Below, piece after piece: positions 47,675 to 57,755 of a DNA stretch of 64,000 nt. The stretch spans positions 386,918-450,917 of the forward strand of contig CAVRKD010000004.1 of NCBI GenBank assembly GCA_963722185.1. The letters run 5' to 3'. This stretch comes from an uncultured Actinomycetes bacterium. Its GTDB lineage: Bacteria > Actinomycetota > Acidimicrobiia > Acidimicrobiales > JACCXE01. Under the pieces are notes generated by a model. The model was not told where the DNA came from, ran no database searches, and saw only the letters and a list, made by a program, of their open reading frames with translations. Position 1 is the stretch's first letter, and each line of letters opens with the position of its first letter. Made by a program: the position numbers and the translations under genes.

Positions 47675-48621
47675 CCCAAGCCGAGGCGATGACGCGAGCC
47701 ATGCGCGCGTGACCTCGGCCTGCGCCCGCTGAAAGCCACGCACCGTCGGCATGCCCGGCGGGTCGGGCTGGAGCCCTTGGAATACGAAGTAGCCGAGGAG
47801 GGCGACGAGGACGCGGTTTACCGCGTCGGGCTCGGTGCCCGCGAGGGGATTGAGCTGCGCTTCAACTTCGATCGGAGACGGTCCGCCGTCGAGCCCGACC
47901 GACGGCAGCATGCACGCCACGTCAACCCACGACGCCCCGCGACACGCGTGCGGCCAGTCGACTACCACGACCTCGCCCGTTCGGCCGGACGAGCAGGTTG
48001 TCGGCTCGCAAATCGGCGTGCAGAAGCGATTCGCCTTCCGCGGCGGCTTCCCACTCTCCTTCGAGGTCCGCCAGCTTCGCAACAGATGACGCTGCGTCCA
48101 CCCGTCGAGATTTGCCGCGTTGGGATGACCGCCGGCGAGGACTGCGAAACGAACCGAAGGCCTCCATGTATTGGTCGCGGAACGTTGGCAAGTCCAGCGA
48201 TCGGGCACGGCGTCGTTGCGGCGGAGAGCTGCGCCAGCGCGTCGAAGGTCGCGGCGAGATCCGCCATCTCCCACGGCTGACGCGGCGGTTCGCCGTCGAT
48301 CTCGTTGAACACGAGGACGACCCAGCCGCCGTCGTCGACGGTGGCCAGCAACGTCGGGACAGGAAGGCCGGGCGGTAGCGCGGCGGTGACCACGGCTTCG
48401 CGCCGGTGAAAGCTGGCGCCGTGCTGGTTCGGCTCGGTCGCGATCGCTTTGATGAAGCAGCGCCGGCCATCGGCGAGTCGGCAGCGGGCCGCGACCCCAG
48501 GCGAAAAGCCGCCCGGCTGATTTCTCGCTTCGACGACGGGACTGCCGAGTTCGGTAGCCAGCTTGTCGCGCACAGCTGGAGCGACTTCGCTCCACTCGAT
48601 GCGTACGCCCTGCGCCTTCAT
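47671..48621 (-). pseudogene. aminoglycoside-phosphotransferase-fold kinase (APH family), at least three frameshifts
   Basis: Pieces in three frames: MKAQGVRIEWSEV..GGWVVLVFNEIDGEPP; SLLHADLRADNLLV (HxDxxxxN); GEVVVVDWPHACRG..VALLGYFVF. The 3' end overlaps the convergent sirtuin stop by 4 nt. Confidence 0.6.
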
Positions 48622-48643
48622 TCGCTCATCGTCGCTCGGAACG

Positions 48644-49246
48644 TCAGCTCCAGCGACCGAAATGCACGACCTCGTCGCGGGGCTTGCGGCCACGGCGCAA
48701 CGACAACGACGGCTCGTCGTGGTCGGCTGGGTGGCCGATTGCTATGGCGCCGATGGGTGTGAACGCTTCGGGGATGTCGAAGGACGCGCGCACCCCGTCG
48801 ACGTGTTCGCCGAAGACGCCGAAGAACAACGCGCCCAGTCCTTCGTTCACGACAGCGTTGAGGACTTGCATGGATGCGAACCCGGCGTCGATGTGCCAGA
48901 AGGGAACCGGCCACCGGTGCGGGTCGCGGTCGGACCAGCCCTTGTCGGCTTCGGCGTAGCGGTCGAGGTAAGCCGCCTCGTTCGAGCAGGGCACGACGAT
49001 GACCGGCACGTTGAACACGCCTTGCCAGCGGAACGTCGGTCGCGTCACCGGCGAAAACGTCGCGTCCCAGAACCGCGCGGTGTCATCCGGCGTGTTCAGA
49101 ACGAGGAAACCCCAGCCCTGGGTGAAGCCCGCCGACGGCGCGCGGACGGCCGCGTCCAGGATGCGGTCAAGCGCTGGCGGGTCGACGGGTAACGTCGTGA
49201 AGTTGCGCACCATCTTGCGCCGCCGCACGACATCGTCGAACTCCAC
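48644..49246 (-). CDS. nitroreductase-family protein
   Basis: 200 aa; RRRKMVRNFT..PV, RAPSAGFTQGW, LGALFFGVF. Confidence 0.75.
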   Translation of the reverse strand: MEFDDVVRRRKMVRNFTTLPVDPPALDRILDAAVRAPSAGFTQGWGFLVLNTPDDTARFWDATFSPVTRPTFRWQGVFNVPVIVVPCSNEAAYLDRYAEADKGWSDRDPHRWPVPFWHIDAGFASMQVLNAVVNEGLGALFFGVFGEHVDGVRASFDIPEAFTPIGAIAIGHPADHDEPSLSLRRGRKPRDEVVHFGRWS

Positions 49247-49323
49247 GGAGCGACTCTACGGCCCTTGCCAAAACGTGACCGATGCCATAGCGCGGGCGCC
49301 CAGCGCCGACGTAATTTGCCTCC

Positions 49324-49764
49324 ATGTACAAACGCATTGTCGTAGGCACCGACGGTTCGCCGAGTGCATCCGAGGCGGTACGGGAGGCGGTGGCGCTCGC
49401 GAAGCAGTGTGGCTCCGAGTTGCACATCGTCTCCGCGTATCGCCCGCTGTCCGCGCTGATGACGCACCCCGAGTTCGTCACGTTGTCGGCGCAGGTGTAC
49501 GAAAAGATTGATCCCGCGGGTGGGGCCGCAGAAGTGACGTCACGAGCGCTGGGGTTCACCACAGGGGCAGGAATCATCGTGACGGAACACCAGGTCGCGG
49601 GATCGGCCGCAGACGCGTTGTGCGACGTAGCCGCCAGCGTGGAAGCCGACCTCATCGTGGTCGGCAGCCGGGGAATGACCGGCGCTCGCCGGGTCCTCGG
49701 ATCCGTACCGAACTCGGTGGCGCACAACGCCACCTGTTCGGTGCTCATTGTCCAGACGACGTAA
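49324..49764 (+). CDS. universal stress protein (UspA family)
   Basis: 146 aa; MYKRIVVGTDGSPSASEAV, ADLIVVGSRGMTGARRVLGSVPNSVAHNATCSVLIV. Confidence 0.85.
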   Translation: MYKRIVVGTDGSPSASEAVREAVALAKQCGSELHIVSAYRPLSALMTHPEFVTLSAQVYEKIDPAGGAAEVTSRALGFTTGAGIIVTEHQVAGSAADALCDVAASVEADLIVVGSRGMTGARRVLGSVPNSVAHNATCSVLIVQTT

Positions 49765-49784
49765 TCCCGAGCCGGGGGAATGTT

Positions 49785-49808
49785 GACCTAAACGGTAAGG
49801 TTTAGGTC
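49785..49808. other. perfect 9-bp inverted repeat GACCTAAAC-GGTAAG-GTTTAGGTC
   Basis: An unusually AT-rich palindrome in the 47-nt gap between the usp stop and the rhodanese-MoeB start, ending 3 nt before ATG 49812. Could be an operator or a translational hairpin. Confidence 0.35.
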
Positions 49809-49811
49809 CCT

Positions 49812-50988
49812 ATGGCAACCGCACGAGAGCTTCTTCAAGCCGCCAGAGAGCAAGTCACCGAGATCGACGGCGCCACGGCCGAGGCGCGTCTGGCCGAAGG
49901 CGCGCTGTATCTCGACGTACGCGAACCCGACGAATGGGAGCAGGGCGCCGTCGGCGGAGCGATGCACATCGAGCGAGGCAACCTCGAGACGCAGCATCGA
50001 AGGACGTGTGCCCGACCGCGACACCGAAATCATCATCGGGTGCGCCAGCGGCGTGCGCTCGGTCTACGCGGCGGTCACGCTCGGCCAACTTGGCTACACC
50101 AACGTCGTCAGCCTCAAGGGCGGCTTCAACAAGTGGAAGGACGAAGGCCGGCCCTGGAAGGTGCCCCAAGCGCTCTCGGCTGAGCAGCGCAACCGTTACC
50201 AGCGCCATCTGCTGTTGCCCGAAGTCGGCGACGCCGGTCAGCAGAAGTTGCTCGACTCCAAGGTGCTGCTCCTGGGCGCCGGCGGACTCGGCTCGCCCGC
50301 CGCGCTCTACCTCGGCGCCGCCGGTGTGGGCACGATCGGCATCATCGACATGGACGTCGTCGACACGTCGAACCTCCAGCGCCAGATCCTGCACAACCTC
50401 GATCGCATCGGCGACCGCAAGGTCGACTCGGCCAAGAAGACGATCGCGCTGTTGAACCCCGACGTGAACGTGGTCACCTACGACACGCGGCTCGGCGCCG
50501 ACAACGTCCTCGACATCATCGACGGCTACGACGTGATCGTCGACGGCACCGACAACTTCCCGACGCGCTACCTCGTCAACGACGCGTCGCTGCTCAAGAA
50601 GATCCCGGTCGTCTACGGCGCCATCTTCCGGTTCGAGGGCCAGGTGTCGGTCTTCAAGCCCTACGAGGGTCCGTGCTACCGCTGCATGCTTCCGATCCCG
50701 CCGCCGGCCGATCAGGCGCCGTCGTGCGCCGAAGCCGGCGTGCTCGGTGTGTTGCCCGGCATCATCGGCTCGCTGCAGGCGATGGAGGCGATCAAGCAGC
50801 TGCTCGACCTGGGCGACCCGCTGGTCGGCAAGCTCCTCGCGTACGACGCGCTGGAGGACCAGCCGTTCCGCAAGTTCAAGCTGCGGCGCGACCCCGAGTG
50901 CCCGGCGTGCGGCGAAAACGCGCCGCCGATCCAGATCGCCGAATACGACGAACTCTGCATGCCGCATCCGGTGCAACCACCGAAATAG
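49812..50988 (+). pseudogene. N-terminal rhodanese fused to a MoeB/ThiF-type E1 adenylyltransferase; one frameshift ~49994
   Basis: Rhodanese active-site loop IIGCASGVRS. E1 domain RYQRHLLLPEVGDAGQQKL..LLLGAGGLGSPAALYLGAAGVGTIGIIDMDVVDTSNLQRQ. Zn site CYRC...CPAC. Confidence 0.75.
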
Positions 50989-51072
50989 GGCAAAAGCCCC
51001 GGCCGCGACGCGCCGGTGCTTGCACGCGTACGTAGCCTTTGATTGGGCGGCTGATCCAGGAGTCTCTTCAGC

Positions 51073-51498
51073 ATGCGCCGGTTCGGGTTCGCCCTCATAT
51101 TCGCCGCGTTGTCCTTCGCGGCCTTCGCCGGTCCCGCTCAAGCGGTTGACGACCAGGACTGCTTCGACTTTCCGAGCCAAGCCGCTGCCCAGCAGCACTT
51201 GCGCCAGGATCCCAGCGACCCGGACAAGCTCGACCCCGATGGCGACGGCATCGCGTGCGAGACCAACGCCGCGCCCTTCGACACCGTGCCCGTGAACACG
51301 AACGCGACCGTGCAACGCCAACCGGCGACCACCACCACGACCGTCGCCACGACTACGACGACGGCTGTCGCGTCCGGCGACCTCGCCAACTCCGGCCCGC
51401 CCGCCTACGTGTGGGCGCTGGCGGTAGCGGGCATCGCGGCCGTCCTAGGCGGGTCCTCGATGCGGGGTCGCCGCGCCGAAGGGGCGCACTGGGTGTAG
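51073..51498 (+). CDS. secreted Excalibur calcium-binding-domain protein with a sortase-like C-terminal sorting signal
   Basis: Signal peptide ending AQA. DCFDFPSQAAAQQHLRQDPSDPDKLDPDGDGIACE (Excalibur). Thr-rich spacer. LANSG + hydrophobic helix + RGRR tail. Confidence 0.7.
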   Translation: MRRFGFALIFAALSFAAFAGPAQAVDDQDCFDFPSQAAAQQHLRQDPSDPDKLDPDGDGIACETNAAPFDTVPVNTNATVQRQPATTTTTVATTTTTAVASGDLANSGPPAYVWALAVAGIAAVLGGSSMRGRRAEGAHWV

Positions 51499-51565
51499 CC
51501 CCGGGTTCGGCCCGCCGCGCCATGAGCGATACGGTGAGGTCAGCAACATTCAAGGGGGAATAGTT

Positions 51566-53438
51566 GTGACGGACACCGCGTCGAAAGACGTGACAGAACT
51601 TGATCACGTAGTAATTCGCTTTGCTGGGGACTCCGGTGATGGCATGCAGCTCACCGGCGATCGGTTTACGAGCGCATCGGCGTTGTTCGGCAACGACCTG
51701 TCGACGCTGCCCGACTTCCCAGCTGAGATCCGAGCGCCCGCCGGCACGCTGGCCGGCGTCTCGGCGTTTCAGGTCAACATCCGCGACCACGACATCCTGA
51801 CGCCAGGCGACTTCCCGTCGGTGCTGGTGGCGATGAACCCGGCGGCGTTGCGCGCCAACATCGACGACGTGCCCCGCGGCGGCACGCTGATCGTCAACAG
51901 CGACGCCTTCGAGGAACGCAACCTCAAGAAAGCGGGCTACGCGGAGAACCCGTTGACCGACGGCACGCTCGACGCGTTCACCGTGTACGAGGTTCCGATG
52001 ACCAGTCTCACCATCGAGTCGACCAAGGACCTCGGCGTGAAGCCGCGCGACGCCGAGCGGTCGAAGAACTGCTTCGCCCTCGGCGTCATCAGCTGGATGT
52101 ACACCCGCCCGGTCGAGGCAACCATCGACTGGATCGACGACGCGGTTCGCCAAGACCCCGCAGGTCATGGAGTCCAACCTCGCGGCGTTCAAGGCCGGCT
52201 ACAACTTCGGTGAGACCGCCGAGCTGTTCGTCAGCTCGTACGAGATCAAGCCGACCACCTTCGCGCCCGGCGAGTACACCAACGTCAGCGGCAACACCGC
52301 GCTGGCATGGGGTCTCGTGGCCGCATCGCAGTTGGCGAAGCTGCCGCTGTTCCTCGGCAGCTACCCGATCACTCCCGCGTCCGACATCCTCCATGAACTG
52401 TCGAAGCACAAGAACTTCGGCGTGCGCACCATGCAAGCCGAAGATGAGATCGCCGGCATCTCCGCCGCCATCGGCGCGGCCTTCGGCGGCCACCTCGCGA
52501 TCACGACGACGAGTGGCCCGGGCGTCGACCTGAAGGCTGAAGCGATGGGTCTCGCCGTCAGCCTGGAGTTGCCGCTGATCGTCGTCGACATCCAGCGCGG
52601 TGGGCCGTCCACGGGTCTGCCGACCAAGACCGAACAGTCGGACCTCATGCTCGCCATGTACGGGCGCCACGGCGAGTCGCCCATGCCGATCGTGGCGGCG
52701 AAGACGCCGTCGCACTGTTTCGACGCCGCCATCGAAGCGGCGCGCATCGCGTTGAAGTACCGCACGCCGGTGCTGCTGCTGTCCGACGGCTACATCGCCA
52801 ACGGTTCTGAGCCGTGGAAGCTGCCCGACGTCGTCGACCTGCCCGACATCTCCGTCGAGTTCGCCACCGAGACGAATCACACCAACGCCAAGGGTGAGCC
52901 AGAGTTCTGGCCGTACGTACGCGACGAGAACCTGGCGCGGCCATGGGCCGTTCCGGGCACGCCGGGACTCGAGCACCGCATCGGCGGCCTCGAGAAGGAG
53001 GACGGCTCCGGCAACATCAACTACGACGGTGTCAACCACGAACGCATGACGCGGTTGCGCGCCGCGAAGGTCGCCGGCATTGCCAACGACATCCCCGGTG
53101 TCGAAGTCGACGACGACGGCGGCACGGACTTGCTCGTCGTCGGGTGGGGTTCGACCTACGGATCGATCGGTGCCGCCGTGCGTCGCATCCGTGCGCGCGG
53201 GCTCAGGGCGAGTCAAGCGCACCTTGTGCACCTCTTCCCGTTCGCTCCCGATCTCGGCGACGTGCTGCGCCGCTACAAGCGCGTCCTCGTGCCGGAAATG
53301 AACATGGGACAGCTCAGCCGCCTGCTGCGCGCCGAGTACCTCGTCGACGCGCAGTCGTTGACCAAGATCCAGGGCGCACCGTTCAAGGCGTCAGAAATCG
53401 AAGCCGCCATGCTCACCCTGTTGGAGACCTCAAAGTGA
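51566..53438 (+). pseudogene. korA: 2-oxoglutarate/2-oxoacid:ferredoxin oxidoreductase alpha subunit; one frameshift ~52142
   Basis: GTG 51566 with RBS AAGGGGGAA. FAGDSGDGMQLTG, LGSYPITPASDILHEL, MQAEDEIAGI, TTTSGPGVDLK. ORFs 51566..52213 and 52167..53438 join. Confidence 0.8.
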
Positions 53439-54458
53439 CCGCCATCGATATTCCGACCACGACCCGCAAGGACTGGATGTCGGACCAGGAGGTCCGCTGG
53501 TGTCCCGGCTGTGGCGACTACTCGATCCTCGCCGCGGTGCAGTTGATGATGCCGGACCTCGGCGTGCGACGCGAGAACACCGTGTTCGTGTCGGGCATCG
53601 GCTGCGCGGCGCGCTTCCCGTATTACATGGACACCTACGGGATGCACGGGATTCACGGCCGCGCCGCCGCGCTGGCCACCGGCCTCGCGGTCGCCCGTCC
53701 GGATTTGGACGTATGGGTCATCAGCGGTGACGGCGACTCGCTGTCGATCGGCGGCAATCACCTCATCCACGCGCTGCGCCGCAACGTCAACCTGACGATC
53801 CTCATGTTCAACAACCAGATCTACGGGTTGACCAAGGGCCAGTACTCACCGACCAGCGAGATCGGCAAGGTCAGCAAGAGCACGCCGTTCGGTTCCGTCG
53901 ATCAGCCGTTCAATCCGATCAGCCTGGCGCTCGGTGCCGAGGCCACGTTCGTGGCCCGCACGCACGACATGGACCGCAACCACATGATCGAAACGTTCAA
54001 GCGGGCGCACGACCACAAGGGTGCGTCGTTCGTCGAGGTGTACCAGAACTGCAACGTCTTCAACGACGGCGCGTTCGACACGGTCACCTCGAAGGAGACC
54101 CGCGAGGACAACCTCATTCCGCTGAAGCACGGCGAGCCGATCCGTTTCGGCGCCGACGGTTCGACGGGCGATCGCGCCCGACGCCCAGGGCCACTTCCAG
54201 CTCGTGAAGGTGGCCGACGTGGGCGAGGACGCGCTGGTCGTGCACGACGAGGCCCGCGAGTCGCCCGGGCACGCGTTCGCGCTGTCGCGTCTGGCGCGCG
54301 GGCCGCACGAGCCGACCCCGGTTGGCGTGTTCCGGGCCGTCGAACGGCAGGACTACGGCAAGATGGTCGGCGAGCAGCTCGTCGACGCGCAGGCCGCGCG
54401 CGGCAGCGGCGACTTGAGCGCCCTGTTGCGCTCCGGCGCTACCTGGACCGTCGAGTAA
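53435..54458 (+). pseudogene. korB: 2-oxoglutarate/2-oxoacid:ferredoxin oxidoreductase beta subunit (TPP-binding); one frameshift at GGG 54166-68
   Basis: GTGA overlap with kor[58 protein letters not shown]. The C-terminus is in ORF 54204..54458. Confidence 0.8.
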
Positions 54459-54493
54459 GGACGCGGCGGGTCGGCCCGCGTACGCTTGGGCGC

Positions 54494-56071
54494 ATGGCTG
54501 ACGAGCGCCGCACCGACTCCGGCATAGAAATCAAGCCGTTCTACGGTCCGGATGACCTCGCGGCCTGGGACGCCGACACAAAAGTCGGCACGCCGGGGGC
54601 GTATCCGTACACCCGCGGCATCTTCGCCTCGCTGTATCGCGCGCGCCCGTGGACGATCCGGCCGTACTCAGGTTTCGGTACTGCCGAGGCCACGAACGAA
54701 CGCTGGAAGCTGCTGCTCGCCGGCGGCTCGACCGGCCTGTCGTGCGCCTTCGACCTGCCGACGCAGATGGGTTTCGACTCCGACCATCCGCGCGCCGAAG
54801 GCGAGATCGGCAAGGTCGGCGTGGCGATCGACTCGATCGACGACATGCGACTGCTGCTCGACGGCATGCCGCTCGACACCATCAGCACGTCGATGACGAT
54901 CAACGCCACGGCGTCGATTCTCCTGTTGCTTTACCAACTGGTCGCCGAGGAACAGGGCGTGCCGGGCGACAAGCTCAACGGGACGATCCAGAACGACATC
55001 CTGAAGGAATACGTCGCCCGCGGCACGTATGTGTTCCCGCCTCGCCCGTCGATGCGGATCATCACCGACATCTTCAGCTACTGCAACGAGAACATCCCGA
55101 ACTGGAACACGATTTCGATCTCCGGCTACCACATCCGCGAGGCGGGCTCTTCGGCGGTGCAGGAGATCGCGTTCACGATCGCCAACGGCATCGCCTATGT
55201 CGACGCGGCGATCGCCGCCGGCATGAACGTCGACGACTTCGCACCGCGGCTGTCGTTCTTCTGGAACGCGCATAACAACTTCTTCGAGGAAGTCGCCAAG
55301 TTCCGCGCGGCGCGCCGCATGTGGGCGCGCATCATGACCGAGCGGTTCAGAGCCAAGAACGAGAAGTCGAAGGTGCTGCGCTTCCACACGCAGACCGGCG
55401 GTTCCACGCTCACCGCGCAGCAGCCGGAGAACAACATCATGCGCGTCACGCTGCAAGCGCTCGCCGCGGTGATGGGTGGCACGCAGAGCTTGCACACCAA
55501 CGGGTTCGACGAGGCGCTCGGTCTGCCGACGGCGAAGGCGGCCACGCTGGCGTTGCGCACGCAGCAGGTGATTGCCAACGAGGCGGGCGTGGTCGACACG
55601 ACCGACCCGCTCGGCGGCTCGTGGTTCGTCGAAAGCCTCACCGACGAGGTTGAAGCTGCGGCGATGGCCTACATCGAGAAGATCGACGGCATGGGCGGCG
55701 CGGTTTCAGCCATCGAAGCCGGGTTCATGCAGGACGAGATCGAGCAGGCGGCCTACGCGTACACGAAGGCGATCGACGCCGGCGAGAAGATCATCGTCGG
55801 CGTCAACAAGTTCCAGACCGAAGAAGTCGAGCCGCCCGAAGTGTTCCCGATCGACCCGGCGATGCAGGCGGCGCAGATCGCGCGGGTGCAGAACACGCGG
55901 GCGACGCGCAATCAGCCCGAGGTCGACGCCGCTCTGGCTGACCTCGAAGCGGCTGCGCGGGGTACGCAGAACCTGCTCGTCCCCATGAAAGCTGCGCTCA
56001 AGGCGCGGGCCACTTTGGGCGAGGTCAGCGACACGTTGCGCGGCGTGTTCGGGGTACACCAACCGCGGTGA
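54494..56071 (+). CDS. methylmalonyl-CoA-mutase-family large (catalytic TIM-barrel) subunit without a B12-binding domain
   Basis: 525 aa; [86 protein letters not shown]. Tyr in RPY and Arg in ARGTY fit methylmalonyl-type specificity, as I recall the determinants. Confidence 0.75.
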   Translation: MADERRTDSGIEIKPFYGPDDLAAWDADTKVGTPGAYPYTRGIFASLYRARPWTIRPYSGFGTAEATNERWKLLLAGGSTGLSCAFDLPTQMGFDSDHPRAEGEIGKVGVAIDSIDDMRLLLDGMPLDTISTSMTINATASILLLLYQLVAEEQGVPGDKLNGTIQNDILKEYVARGTYVFPPRPSMRIITDIFSYCNENIPNWNTISISGYHIREAGSSAVQEIAFTIANGIAYVDAAIAAGMNVDDFAPRLSFFWNAHNNFFEEVAKFRAARRMWARIMTERFRAKNEKSKVLRFHTQTGGSTLTAQQPENNIMRVTLQALAAVMGGTQSLHTNGFDEALGLPTAKAATLALRTQQVIANEAGVVDTTDPLGGSWFVESLTDEVEAAAMAYIEKIDGMGGAVSAIEAGFMQDEIEQAAYAYTKAIDAGEKIIVGVNKFQTEEVEPPEVFPIDPAMQAAQIARVQNTRATRNQPEVDAALADLEAAARGTQNLLVPMKAALKARATLGEVSDTLRGVFGVHQPR

Positions 56072-56075
56072 CCTC

Positions 56076-57434
56076 TTGACCGTGAAATTCGTGATCATCG
56101 GCGGTGGGCCTGCGGGTGTGCAGGCGGCGAGCTGGGGCGCGCGCCTCGGCGCGGAGGTCACCGTCGTCGAACGCGACGTGATCGGCGGTGCGGCCAACCT
56201 GTGGGACTGCATCCCGTCCAAGGCGATGATCGCCACGGGCGCGGAGATGACCTCGGCGGCGCGGGCCGAAAGCATGGGGCTGCAACCGCTCAAGGCGACG
56301 CCGGATCTTGAGGCGCTCGGCGAACGCGTCAACACGATCACGGCGCACCTCAACAAGTCGCAGACCGAACTGCTCGAGAGCCAGGGGATTCGTCTTCTGA
56401 AGGGCGAGGCACGCTTGGCGGGCCCGCATTGCGTGGTCGTCGACACCGCCGATGGCACCCAAGAGGTCGAGGCCGACGCCATCCTGATCTCGACCGGAAG
56501 CCGTCCGCGGCTGCCCGACTGGGCGCCGATTGACGGCGAGCGCGTTCTCACCACACGCGAGGCGTATCCGCCGAAGGAATTGCCGGACCACCTCATCGTC
56601 ATCGGCTCGGGCGTCACCGGCGTGGAGTTCGTGCACATGTTCCGGTCGTTCGGCTCCAAGGTCACGTTGATCGTTTCCCGCCAGCAAGTGCTGCCGGGCA
56701 AGGACCCCGAGGTGGCCGCCGCGCTGGAAGACGATTTCTTGCGCAGCGGCGTCGTGCTGCTCAAGGGCGCGCGGGCCAACGGCATCTCCCGTGATGGCGA
56801 CGTCGTCACCGTCTCCTGCGAAGACGGCCGCAAGATCACCGGTTCGCACGTCATCCTCGCCATCGGTTCGCTGCCCAACTCCGAGGGTCTCGGGTTGGAG
56901 GAGGCGGGCGTCGTGGTCGACAACGGCTACGTGCCGGTCAACCAGCATTGCGTCACCAACCTGCCCCACATCTACGCCGCCGGCGACGTGTCGGGTCGCC
57001 TCCCGCTGGCCTCGGTGGCGTCGATGCAGGGGCGCAAGGTGGCCGAGCACGTCATGGGCCTGCACACCCGCGAGCACCGCCACCTCGACTACGACAAAGC
57101 CGCTTCGGCCATCTTTACGGAACCCGAAATCGCTGATGTCGGGCTCGCCGAAGCCGAAGCGTTCGCCATCGGCCGCAAGCTGCGCGTGACCAAGGTGCCC
57201 TTCGCGGCGAACGCGCGGGCGCTCATCGACGGCGACCCACGCGGCTTCGTCAAGATCCTGAGCGACCCCGCCACCGGTGTGGTCCTCGGTGGTTCGATCG
57301 TCGGACGCGGTGCCGCCGAGTTGATCTCCGTGCTCGCCCTCGCCGTCACTGCCAACCTGAAAGTGACCGACATCGTCGAATCGTTGCTGGTGCATCCGGC
57401 GCTCGCCGAAGCCCTCGCCGACGCCGCCGAGTAG
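56076..57434 (+). CDS. flavoprotein disulfide-reductase-family enzyme lacking the CxxxxC pair (LpdA-like NAD(P)H:quinone oxidoreductase)
   Basis: FVIIGGGPAG, GGAANLWDCIPSK (only one Cys where GGTCLNVGCIPSK is canonical), LIVIGSGVTGVEF. The start is TTG 56076 or GTG 56082. Confidence 0.7.
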   Translation: MTVKFVIIGGGPAGVQAASWGARLGAEVTVVERDVIGGAANLWDCIPSKAMIATGAEMTSAARAESMGLQPLKATPDLEALGERVNTITAHLNKSQTELLESQGIRLLKGEARLAGPHCVVVDTADGTQEVEADAILISTGSRPRLPDWAPIDGERVLTTREAYPPKELPDHLIVIGSGVTGVEFVHMFRSFGSKVTLIVSRQQVLPGKDPEVAAALEDDFLRSGVVLLKGARANGISRDGDVVTVSCEDGRKITGSHVILAIGSLPNSEGLGLEEAGVVVDNGYVPVNQHCVTNLPHIYAAGDVSGRLPLASVASMQGRKVAEHVMGLHTREHRHLDYDKAASAIFTEPEIADVGLAEAEAFAIGRKLRVTKVPFAANARALIDGDPRGFVKILSDPATGVVLGGSIVGRGAAELISVLALAVTANLKVTDIVESLLVHPALAEALADAAE

Positions 57435-57464
57435 CCGTCGCGGCGCAACGGGTAACACAGTCAT

Positions 57465-57755
57465 ATGGCACCCGACATCCGCCACAACGAACGATTGAGC
57501 CGTTACGAGCTGGTGCTCGACGACAGAGTCGCCGGGATCGCCGACTACCACCGGGACGGCGACACGCTGGTGTTTCCCCACACCGAGATCGACGCTCCGT
57601 TGCGCGGGCGAGGCCTCGGCGAACAACTCGTGCGTGGAGCGCTCGACGATGTGCGTCAGCGCAACGCTGACGCGAAGGTCCGACCGCTGTGCTGGTTCGT
57701 CCGCGAATTTATCGAAGACAACCCGGACTACGCCGACCTCGCGGAAGCGAGCTAG
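57465..57755 (+). CDS. small GNAT-like acetyltransferase-fold protein (YjdJ type)
   Basis: 96 aa; RYELVLDDRVAGIADYHRDGDTLVFPHTEIDAPLRGRGLGEQLV..CWFVREFI. Confidence 0.65.
   Translation: MAPDIRHNERLSRYELVLDDRVAGIADYHRDGDTLVFPHTEIDAPLRGRGLGEQLVRGALDDVRQRNADAKVRPLCWFVREFIEDNPDYADLAEAS

Noticed and set aside
49247-49323. Candidate sigma-70-type promoter (TTGCCA ... CATAGC) upstream of the usp gene.
   Set aside because: The spacing is off (15 nt) and the -10 is poor. High-GC actinobacterial promoters cannot be called reliably by eye.
52943-56071. 1042-aa ORF, the longest in the track, which looks like a giant multidomain protein.
   Set aside because: It is a frame coincidence in GC-rich DNA. 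Its first ~165 codons are out-of-frame read-through of korA. It then contains korB (from GTG 53435) up to the 54166-68 indel, then nonsense, and then the mutase gene from ATG 54494. RBS/start signals and family boundaries show separate genes.
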